NCBI GenBank assembly: GCA_004764695.1
Contig: SMSO01000014.1
Span: 4,350,845 to 4,414,844, forward strand
Length of the DNA stretch: 64,000 nt
DNA from: Schizochytrium sp. TIO01
Taxonomy: Eukaryota > Protista > Bigyra: Labyrinthulomycetes
Direction of reading: 5' to 3'
Of this stretch, positions 23,010-32,759 are shown in pieces. Numbering within the stretch: the first letter of the stretch is position 1; each line of letters starts with the position of its first letter. Both the position numbers and the translations under genes were made by a program. The notes beneath the pieces are model-generated. The model was given only the letters and a program-made list of their open reading frames with translations. It was not told the origin of the DNA and did no database searches.

Positions 23010-23684
23010 TTATTTGTCCTCGGGCAGAGGCAGCATAAGGGCACCCACAACGCGACCTTCCGCGCTCAGCATGTTGAAAGTTGCACCGGCATGAAAAGAA
23101 CCTGTGACTTCAACAGGACAGATCTTGCGTATTGCCTTAGTGAGCTTCTCAGGAAGTCGTTCTGTGTATTTTCCAGTACCCACGATAAGCAAATCCAGAG
23201 GGGGGTCCAGATGCTCAATAATGGCGAGGTGTTCCTCCGAGAAATCTTCCATGCTCTTCACATCCCAGCTAAGCATGACGTCCGGCAAAACCATTGCAGC
23301 GCCTGGAAGAAACTGACCACTAATGTAGAACCCACCATCTTCAATGCCCTCAATATTGAGTTGGTTTTCGCTGCGACGGCCTTCAGATACTTCGATCGCA
23401 AAGGCGTACTTATCGATGACGTTCTGGCCCTTGTCCGGGTGGACAACAGCATCGAGCTCATCCTTAGTGAGCTGGTCCGGGTGAATTTGATCGTACGGGG
23501 AGAAGAACGCCTTTTGGGTAGTCTCTTCTTCGACGCTTGAGCTAGTGTTCGCGTTCTGGGTGTTCTTGCTATCGCCGGAGCCCGGCGTGCTGGCAAGGCC
23601 TCGCCATGACCACAGATGCGATGGCCGCGCCGACCGGCGAGCGGCGGCGCCAAGACGACTAGCGATGGCAGCTCCTGAAAGCAT
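23010..23684 (-). CDS. NDUFAF3: Mitochondrial complex I assembly factor 3 (DUF498/Mth938-like)
   Basis: First ATG at 23684 gives an Arg/Ala/Ser-rich mitochondrial presequence. LDPPLDLLIVGTG and EVTGSFHAGATFNMLSAEGRVVGALMLP match the DUF498 motifs. Confidence 0.88.
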   Translation of the reverse strand: MLSGAAIASRLGAAARRSARPSHLWSWRGLASTPGSGDSKNTQNANTSSSVEEETTQKAFFSPYDQIHPDQLTKDELDAVVHPDKGQNVIDKYAFAIEVSEGRRSENQLNIEGIEDGGFYISGQFLPGAAMVLPDVMLSWDVKSMEDFSEEHLAIIEHLDPPLDLLIVGTGKYTERLPEKLTKAIRKICPVEVTGSFHAGATFNMLSAEGRVVGALMLPLPEDK

Positions 23685-24457
23685 GGTTGTAGTAGAGGAG
23701 AGGATCGTCACGGTCCCACAAGCTGCCCAAGGAGATTTTTTGAGCGAATTGGATGACTGCTGTGCTTTCTAGTCTTCGTGGCGATTTACTTTTTCTTTTT
23801 CTTTCTATAATTTCTTCGTTTTGATTAAAACAGTATTTTCTTCAAGATGGTCATCCTTTATCTTACCGTGGAGCTTTCACATTTCATTTCGAAGAGCTTC
23901 GGTCAGCTCTCAATGTTCGACGAAGATGGAGGCATGGTTCGGTTATTCAGAGCAGATTCACCGCGGCTGGTGTCGCTTATTGTTCTGCACGTTGTTTTCA
24001 AAGAGAAAGGAGATTCTATCGAATTATTAAGCAATGCAAGAAAAACAAAATACAGCATTCCAAATAGATAGAGAGTTCCTTCGGTTACTGCAACTGAGCA
24101 AATGCGCAGGAACATTGACAATGGTCAAGAGATTGGAATGAAAACAAAAGAGATAGAAATGGGACGTCCAAGTGAGAGAACGAGCATAAGAAAAGAATGT
24201 AGAAAATCGCCGCGTGAATCCTCCGTGCTTGACCTAGTCATGATATTTTCATCCATCTTACGAACCAAGGGAGATGATCAAGATTGCAGGTGAACATATT
24301 AAGTAGAACTAATATAGAGTTGAGATGTAAAGACTTTTCCTATATGTAATAATAATTTTAAAAAGGCAATGGGTATTCACATCAAGTCGGCATGGAAAGA
24401 GGATGACTGAACTGCAGATGGAAGAAATAGTTGATGAAAACCCGCGTGCATGCGATA

Positions 24458-25525
24458 TCAAGCTTTACCTGTGGCAGCCGTCAAGTTGAACTCTATCGCC
24501 TTTTCCAGCTCACGGCCAAGAGCTTTTTCCAAAAATACGTTTGCTTTGCGCATGGACTTCTTGTCCATAGAATAGGGGACCTTGAGGTGATCCAAGACAG
24601 TCAGAACAGACTCCGTGGCAATGTTACCCTTTGCGTCTGGAATAAAGTTGCAGCCGCCAACACCTCCGAGTGAAGAGTCAATATGGCGCACACCAAGCTC
24701 CACGGCAGCCATTACGTTCTCATGGGCGCGGTGGTTGGCATTGTGCATATGAACGCCAAGACGTTCCACAGGGAAGTGACGCGAAACCAGTGACACGAGC
24801 TTGTACACGTGTTCGGGGTTGGTTTGGCCCAAGGTATCAGCAAGCACGACAACCTCGGCGTCAACACACATGTACATGTCCACAACACGGAGCACTACAT
24901 CCATATCCACGAGACCCTCAAATGGGCACTCAAACGCAAGACTAGCGTATCCACGTACGCCAAATCCATCTTGTTTAGCTGCCTGTGATACCTTCTTTGT
25001 CATGGCCAAAGCCTCTGTCATGCTCATCCGGACATTGGCCTTGCTGTGGGATTCTGTGCAGCTCACCAAAGCTGTAATGAAATCGAGCACTGGTGCTTCA
25101 TCACCATTGCCAATGGAGGCCTTGCGAAAGCTTTCGTATCCCCTCAAGTTAGGCACAAGACCTCCGTAGCGCATGCCATTGGCTTTTGCTTTGCGAGACC
25201 ATTCAGATTCGCGAAGCGCTTCGCAAAGATCTGCAGCACCTGCCATTGCTGGCACAAGATCCTCGCGTACAAAAGAGCAGGCCTCGATTGCGCTGGGCTT
25301 GCACTCTGCGACAAGTCTCAGCAGTTCGATCTTCTGTTCAACAGAGAGCACTGTTTTTTCATTCTGAATTCCATCCCGGGGTGTCACATCATAAAGTTGC
25401 GCAGCAGGACCTTGTGAAGAAGAAGTTGAGAAATTTGATGCCGTCAACCTCGATGATGTCGCACTCAAAGTCTTTGCCAGGAGGTTCGCGGCGCGCTTTT
25501 CGCACCCTTTCACAACCTGCAACAT
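24458..25525 (-). CDS. HMGCL: Hydroxymethylglutaryl-CoA lyase, mitochondrial (DRE-TIM metallolyase)
   Basis: First ATG at 25525. DVTPRDGIQNE, SFVREDLVPAMA, LVPNLRG, AFECPFEG, LADTLG, HMHN metal motif, GGVGGCNFIPDAKGNIATE. N-terminal presequence-like segment. Confidence 0.9.
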   Translation of the reverse strand: MLQVVKGCEKRAANLLAKTLSATSSRLTASNFSTSSSQGPAAQLYDVTPRDGIQNEKTVLSVEQKIELLRLVAECKPSAIEACSFVREDLVPAMAGAADLCEALRESEWSRKAKANGMRYGGLVPNLRGYESFRKASIGNGDEAPVLDFITALVSCTESHSKANVRMSMTEALAMTKKVSQAAKQDGFGVRGYASLAFECPFEGLVDMDVVLRVVDMYMCVDAEVVVLADTLGQTNPEHVYKLVSLVSRHFPVERLGVHMHNANHRAHENVMAAVELGVRHIDSSLGGVGGCNFIPDAKGNIATESVLTVLDHLKVPYSMDKKSMRKANVFLEKALGRELEKAIEFNLTAATGKA

Positions 25526-26048
25526 TGTGACCACGCTCTAGGTCTAGTCCGCGAGGTCCCTCCCAAAGGCTTGGCCTGGTGGCTTCTACCACAGCGTCTC
25601 AAGCTTCCCCGGCTTTGGTTTTGGATTTGTTTCCTAGTACTACCTCCCAGTCCCTTTGCTTTGCTTAAGTGCCGCTAAGACGTGGTCCTAACGTGTGTAC
25701 ATCGATAACACTAAGAGTACTTTCTATTCTTTCCTTTCTCGGATTCTTGCCAAGTGCCGGACCAAGGCGGCAGGAGCGACCTGCGCGCGACCGTCTCTTC
25801 AACGGAGCCTTCAGAGTCCTGAAAGCAGACTGTGTTTTGGAGCTTCGTCTCTGCTGCAGGCCACGGTTTCCGAGAGCGCTCCTCTTTTCACGCATCTGTG
25901 TTTGTCACATGTGACTGCACTTCACAGCACGAATTTTGTTCTTTTTTGTAAGTGGTTATTAATTTTATACTTTAGCTGGTTAGCTAAGGAAAACGTTAAT
26001 CATAATAGGAGTACTTAGAGAGCCGTTACGCTTACTTTAACCATCGAA

Positions 26049-27009
26049 ATGAGTAAACGACAGGAATTGGGGACGATCGCGAGGCCCAAACCAGAAAGGA
26101 AAGGTCGAAGAGCATCGACGCTGCGCAAAAGCTTCTTTCAAGAGAGGATCTGGAGTACCCAAGATGGATCATAATAACAGGTTTCGACCTAAAGCTGTAA
26201 GCGCATCGCCTGCATCAAATATTACACGAAGACTGTTGGAATCTCAGGGCGAGAATGATGGCGAAGCTGATCAAGATAATGCGATGGCTTTTGGCGAAGA
26301 TGGGCTTCCTCAGAACATGCCTAGACCAGTCCGTCTCACCGCAATCGAAAGAACTGCTCCTCCACCAGTTGAAGCTAACCCAACACCAGAATTATCTTCT
26401 CAAAATGTAGAGAGTAAAGCAAAAGATGGGGCCAATAACAACGAGGGGAGATCAACGAACACAAGCACAGGCTTGACGGAGAAGACAGATATGATCCTGA
26501 AAAAGTGGTTAGGTATTCAAACCACCCCTCCTGATCCAAGTGACCAAAATGCTGATTCAAATACGAATGGGTCCCCAAAGCCAGAAAAGGTAAATAAAAC
26601 AATTCGTAAATGGCAAAAGAGAGCAATGTATGGAAAAGCAGAGCGTGCTTCTTCCTTAAATATTGACGAAGAATATAAATCATGGTACATTGATCAACGC
26701 GATAGGTTTCGCGTGCAGCTTCCAGAAGCTATTCAAGCGTCACTTGCTGAGGAGGTCTTGCAAACTCTTAAGCCTTTACAACTAAGATATGAAAAGCTGC
26801 TTGGGCCTGACGACGAGCTTGTAAGCCAGGCGGAGGCTCGGATTCGAGAGATCGAACAACAGCTATCAGGTATGGGTAAACAGCATCATATTCATCGAGG
26901 GGTTTCTCGTGGCGTTTCACTTCGATCTCTTGCATCGCTTACAAAGCTCAATATTCCTCCTCCCGAGAGTGAAACTGCTGCAAAGGACGAAGAGGGCTCA
27001 AAAAATTGA
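26049..27009 (+). CDS. Hypothetical hydrophilic protein; 281 aa from ATG 26164, or 319 aa from ATG 26049 if one A of the A4 run at 26127-26130 is skipped
   Basis: Long ORF 26164-27009 with protein-like composition and a C-terminal coiled coil. The upstream ORF 26049-26174 overlaps it in another frame. No family recognised. Confidence 0.7.
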
Positions 27010-27520
27010 CACATCTTATCAGGACTGCATAGTAACTCATAGAATGAGCTTTGCCTCTTAAAACATGAAGTGCTGCCAGCATTCATTTAGTATCACTTGT
27101 TACAATTGAGTCGTACGATACCATCAACCGATGATGAGGATTATTTTAATTTCAAACAAATAAAGTCAGTCAGATGAAAGTAAGATACATACTCATCAAT
27201 TTCAAAATGTAGAAAAACAGAATAAGTCACTGAGTTGTAATGCATTGTAGCTGTGCAAATTTATAGCTAAAATAAAACTCATACAAATATGTGCTAAAGT
27301 TATTTACTTTTTAACGATTGAAGAAACACCAATGATACAAAAGGGATAGATGTTAGTGTTAACGAAGTCTGCTCAAGTCTTAATTCGATGATAGAGAAAT
27401 CGCAACGAATGGGGATGAAATTCGTTACGACGGATGATCCAGAAAGGGAGTTGATTGAAGGAAAGCCTGAGTTGTGGCAGCTTGTGAAGTGTGTGGGATA
27501 TCGAAGCCTCTCCTTCGCAA

Positions 27521-28306
27521 TCAAGGTGGGGCCAAACCTTCCAGAACCCGCGCTGACACCTTTTGGCAGACGAAGGTCCACCCAAGAACTGAGAGGGATC
27601 CTGCAGAATATGAAGGAAGAGCAAAGATTTTCCCTACTGGCCAAAGCCAGCCGCTTTCTACCTCGAGCAGTGGCACGGGTGGAAGGCTCGACTGGTAGAC
27701 AAAGTACAAAGCTGCCCAGAGGACTTGTTGCCGAAATCCAAGAACCTGGCTAGCCCGCTTGCGCCACGAGGCCTGTGCCTGGATTTTGCGTGCCTCAGCA
27801 AACTTTAGAACTTCCCTCTCCCTCGAGGCTGCTTGACGTCTTAGCTTTGCCCACTTCATGAAAGTGCTTGGGAGGTTGTACTCTTTTGCCTCGGCTTCTA
27901 GACGTGCAACATCTTGCTGTAATTCGATCTCCTCTTTACTCGGCCGCAGCTCGATGACCCATCTGCGAGAAATTAGATACGTTCAAGATTTCATTCATCT
28001 CAGCGTTAGTTTTCCAATCTCTCGATAAATTGTCTCTCAGCACATTGAAAATATTATTCTGCAGTCAAAAGAGAATCTATCGATCGCAGAAAGATGAGCT
28101 GCTTCAGCATTTCCATGTGAGCTGTGGTTCTTGAGAAGCACAGAACAGCTTCGATCTCTTTGACGGTGTTATGGACGGGTTCATGAATTAAGATGTGACA
28201 CGTACCGTTTCGTGGCGAAGGCCAATACCTCAACGACCAGCGTGACTGCAAGGACCAACAGCACAGGGCCAGCCTGGAGCACGTGTCTCACTTCAACAGC
28301 CTCCAT
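27521..28306 (-). CDS. GET1: GET1/WRB (CHD5-like) tail-anchored protein insertion receptor; 2 exons (28306-28206 and 27962-27521), 180 aa
   Basis: Intron 28205-27963 has a GTACGT donor, CTAAT branch and TCGCAG acceptor, and joins in frame (K-R|W-V-I-E). Product: TM1, then coiled coil LQQDVARLEAEAKEYNLPSTFMKWAKLRRQ (Get1 F-x-K-W/Y-A-K-L-x-R signature), then two hydrophobic segments ending SLSVLGWTFVC. Confidence 0.87.
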
Positions 28307-30069
28307 TGTGTTCACAAACTCGCGTGTTACCGATGGACACCGGCACAAACAAGCTTGTCTTCGCGATCTGTTGTTTCCCAGCTTTTCCCCTTTCTCTCTC
28401 TCTCTCTCTTTAGAAGTAGGGGTATACCTGCTATTACTTATATGGGTACCTTTTGGGAGAAAACAATAATGTGCCATCTAAACTCGATGTCATGGTAAAT
28501 CGTCATTCATCTGTATCATGTGTCACGATAGGTATGCAATGAGATTGTCGCAATTGACAGCCATCGATTAGAGAAAATACTATGTACAAAAATAACGTTT
28601 CCAGTGGTGAGAGAGCTTGGAGCGGAAATTACAAACCTGGGGCCTTTTTCTTGCATAGTATCTATGCCATTTGGTTGCTAATTTAGGTAAGAAGCTTGAG
28701 ACTCTTACTAATCAGAGACATATGCGCTCAACTAAATTACACATGTTGGAAATATTGCATCTTCAGCTAAATTGCAGGCCAGTGTAACTTTGATGATGAA
28801 AGCGGAGCTAGCAGTAGATAAATTGATTTTGAAAGTATGGTTGATTCATGACTGACTATGAAATCTTGATCTTGTGAGCATAGACAAAAAGTGGCTCTCT
28901 GCACAACGGCCAGACTACCAATAAACTCTGCCCTGGAGATTATTGTAAGATTGTGTGTGCCAACTTGCTTTACTTCTAGTCTTGCGTGAACCCTGACTAG
29001 CAGAACAAGAAAAGTCAGGATATTGCACTAGTTCTGACTAGGACAACATGTAAACCTCTTCGAACCAGACTTCGAAGGCTAATTTAACCCCCAGGTACTG
29101 GGAATTCTCTGCATTGAATTGATAGAAGGCTACATGGACCTCATTTTCGCATTTCAAGAACCAACAATAGGCTCTAAAAGCCCTCACACCAATGTTAAAT
29201 CATTAGACTTCTTCAGCTGGTGTTGTGTGCTTAAACAAACGCATAATTAAAATATTTATGAAACTCTACAGTTTATGTTTTGCCTCCGCTCAGTGCGACG
29301 GGTATCACAATAGAATTTTGCAGCTCTCTCAAATCACCAATGTCTCATAAAGCAACAGAAACCCAGAACGCTACAAAGATAGAAACATAACTTTACATAC
29401 CTATTACTTATCCCCCTTTTTTTTTCTTCAAAAGACTTAGATAAATACCCTTTAACAAAACAAAAACGCTGCATAGCAGTCTGTTATCATAGTATAGAAG
29501 TCTGAGTTTACGCTATCTAGCATTTAAGAGTCACTATCTACGCTATGCGAGGATATCCTAGAACAGCAGTCGCTGCCATCAACTTAAACAAAATGAGTTG
29601 CGCCTATGCAGTGACAATGATGCGCGATGAGAACAAGAACAAAGCCAACAACTGGCAACGTCAACGATGGCAATCACAGCAGCAGGTGCACAAATTGAGA
29701 TAATGATAGAGAACAACACTTGTGCAAGGGAGCGAGTTTAACTGATTTATCCATAGTTGGTGACCGCTACGATGGCCTCTGCTCTTGACGAAAGGAGATG
29801 TCCATCCACTCTGCTAAGGCACTGCTATTTCCACTCTAACCTAACATGAAATGAAACTGATCATCACATCTGAGGTTATTCTGGTACCTCACTCCAAACC
29901 CAGCCAGAACAGCGGTGATGTAAACTTGGCTGCAGCAGTGCTATTGAAGATATCCCAAGCAGCGTTTATCGATATTCTGCAAAGCCTCGGCATTCGGATT
30001 TCCATTTTCTCAACGTCGAGCAAATAAATCTAGGTGTGCCAAAGCCCTCATTCACATTACACTACAGAT

Positions 30070-30101
30070 GAATGAATGAATGAATGAATGAATGAATGAA
30101 T
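30070..30101. repeat. (GAAT)8 microsatellite
   Basis: Directly visible. Confidence 0.95.
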
Positions 30102-30518
30102 GTGCAAATTGCGTTGTGCCATTCGGTCTAAATGACCCCCAGTCTGCAAACCTGAAGCGAGGCCAGCAATGAAAATTTATCCAACGACCTGCACGCCAAG
30201 TCTCCGTCTCTGACGCCAAGTCTCCTGCCATCGAGCACCTTGTGCTGCACTTGGTCTGAGTCCAAGCGCATCGCATCACATCGTTCGCTCTTTCCATGGT
30301 GTTGGTGCTCCTTAGTAACTTCGTAGTAACCTCAGCGGAGCAAGCAGCGCTAAGACTGCCTATGCGGCGCCTAGCGGCCGCACCACAAGTGCAGAAAAGC
30401 GCAGCACAGTGAAGAATGGCGGCGTACAAGTGAAGAATGGGTCAGCTACTATGGAACAAAGTGGTATAACCTACTGTGGCAGTGGATAGTTCATAGAGCC
30501 ACACAGTGCTCTTTGAAG

Positions 30519-30560
30519 GAATGAATGAATGAATGAGAGAGAGAGAGAGAGAGAGAGAGA
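30519..30560. repeat. Compound (GAAT)4(GA)13 microsatellite ~110 bp upstream of MRPL3
   Basis: Directly visible. Confidence 0.95.
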
Positions 30561-30667
30561 AAAATGAATGAAAGTTGAGTGAAGCAAAGTAAAGAGTAAA
30601 GCAAAGAGCAAAGCAGCATCGCTCGCGTCCGTGTGGCTGTGCGCTCGTCCCCTTACTCTTATCCACG

Positions 30668-31639
30668 ATGCTGCGGCTGGCTTCTCCCTGCGTGTCCTCG
30701 CTGCGCTCTCGCGTCCCGGCGGCGTTCCTGTCGTGCGGCGGCGAAGATGCTTTGCTGTCGCTGTCCTCCTCCATGGCGGAGCAGCGCCGTGGCAAGAAGT
30801 ACGAGGTGTTCCGCGGCAAGGTCCGCGCAGGCTTCCAGGACCACCCCCGTCGCAGCGGTGTGCTGGCGATGAAGATCGGCATGCTCCCTGACTGGGACGA
30901 CTACGGACGTCGCCTGGCTTTGACTGTTCTCCAGATCCAAGGATGCTACGTCGTGGGTCACCATATCGAGGAAGAAACTGGTTACCACGGCCTTGTGCTC
31001 GGCCACGGTGATGCCAAGGCCAAGCACGTCGCAAAGCCTCAGCAGGGCGTCTTCGAGGCTGCCGGTGTGCCTCTTCGCCGCAAGATCGCTGAGTTCAAGG
31101 TTCACGAGTCCGCGATGCTGCCCGTCGGCACCGAGCTGACTGCGCGCCACTTCGTGCCTGGTCAGTTTGTGGACGTCCAGGGTGTGAGCATTGGTAAGGG
31201 TTGGCAGGGTGTCATGCGCAGGTGGGGCTTCCAGGGTCAGCCGCAGACCCACGGTACCTCTCTCTCTCACCGTTCCCCTGGATCCATCGGAGTTACCGGT
31301 ATGAGCCGCGTCTGGAAGGGCAAGAAGATGGCAGGCCGCACTGGTAACAAGAACCGCACCATGCCCAACTTGGCACTGGTGAAGATTGACACGGAACGCA
31401 ACCTTCTCTTTGTGCACGGTAACGTCCCCGGTAACAAGGGAGGTATCGTTCGCGTGAGCGACGCCTTTGCGAAGCCGAACTTGCTGTGGAATGGAGATGA
31501 GGCTAAAATGCCCTTCCCGACATGGACCCTCCCGGAGGACGAGGCAGCACGGGAGGAGATCTTGGCGCAAGATTCCGTACTCAAGGCACCGCCCTTGCAC
31601 TTTAACCCGCTCGAACGCACATTTGACTTCCGTGTCTAA
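30668..31639 (+). CDS. MRPL3: Mitochondrial large ribosomal subunit protein uL3m
   Basis: RSGVLAMKIGM, HFVPGQFVDVQGVSIGKGWQGVMRRWGF, THGTSLSHRSPGSIG, VWKGKKMAG, GNVPG. Presequence-like N-terminus. Confidence 0.96.
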   Translation: MLRLASPCVSSLRSRVPAAFLSCGGEDALLSLSSSMAEQRRGKKYEVFRGKVRAGFQDHPRRSGVLAMKIGMLPDWDDYGRRLALTVLQIQGCYVVGHHIEEETGYHGLVLGHGDAKAKHVAKPQQGVFEAAGVPLRRKIAEFKVHESAMLPVGTELTARHFVPGQFVDVQGVSIGKGWQGVMRRWGFQGQPQTHGTSLSHRSPGSIGVTGMSRVWKGKKMAGRTGNKNRTMPNLALVKIDTERNLLFVHGNVPGNKGGIVRVSDAFAKPNLLWNGDEAKMPFPTWTLPEDEAAREEILAQDSVLKAPPLHFNPLERTFDFRV

Positions 31640-32604
31640 GTTACTAAGCTCGTGGGGATAGGTTGACGAGCCTTATTAGGTTTGAATTTCGGTCAGTCGA
31701 TGATTTTAACCTACGTACTTACTTACATACTGTCGTCTTACTTACAACTCTCTTCCGTACTTACTTTCTTACTTTTTTACTTACTACTTACCCTATTCGC
31801 TTCCATACGAACTCGTCATCAACCCACCGCAAGGTCTACTAATCACTCCTCCTTCGTTTTGGACCTTGGACGGACCTATTATCAACGTGCCAAGATTCAA
31901 TACGACAATCAATTACATCAACCTGCTTCAATCTCTCACTCGCTCAACCTTCCATTAAAAATAAAAAAAGAACAAAAGCAAAACTAAATCTATCAGATAT
32001 AACAAACAAATAGCTGCCACAAAGAAAAATATGTCCTCCTCCTCCTTGTTTGATCTACTCTTTTAGATCAATACAGAGATATATAATTTTTTAATATTTC
32101 GATCGAATACAAGTGTCACAGTGTTTTTTTCCCGAAAACATACCCGTTTATGACACGTTTGCTTGAACAGCATGCGAAATGCTTTTGGTTTTCTTTCTCT
32201 CTGCATTGCACTACAATATAATCATATCGCAATTTGATTTGTGCTAACCCTTAGTTGCGCCCTCTTTGGATGTACAATAAGGCCTGATTTAGCACCCGCA
32301 GATATGCTACAAGCAACTAGCCAGATAGTGCGAACCGAAAATTTAGAAAGCAATTAAATATGCAATGACGAGTGTACTCAGATCTATACAAAGTCTCTTG
32401 CTGCTTGCAGACCCCATGACTTTTCACTAGTTCTACATTTTTTAATATCCCTGATGCTCTGACCTTTCTTCAAACATGGCTACCTCAGCTGATTTCCTCT
32501 TTTCCAAGTACAAGACTTTCATGAATCGCATAACCTCATCAGTACCCCGCCCTTTTTCTTTTGTTGATTATCAAGTACTTAGTACATGCCATATGGTGTC
32601 GTAG

Positions 32605-32646
<42 letters not shown>
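32605..32646 (+). repeat. A42 homopolymer upstream of the polycystin-like gene
   Basis: 42 consecutive A. Confidence 0.95.
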
Positions 32647-32651
<5 letters not shown>

Positions 32652-32759
32652 ATGAAAAACTTTGAAGATGGAAAGAGAGAACAAAATCTAGAGCCCAAAG
32701 CGACGTGTGCCGAATGGCCAGCAAGCAAACCATTACCTGTACGCTCATCCTCAGCCGAC

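Noticed and set aside
32586-32759. Poly-Lys N-terminal extension of the polycystin ORF
   Set aside because: Depends on the exact length of an A42 homopolymer; ATG 32760 is the more plausible start.
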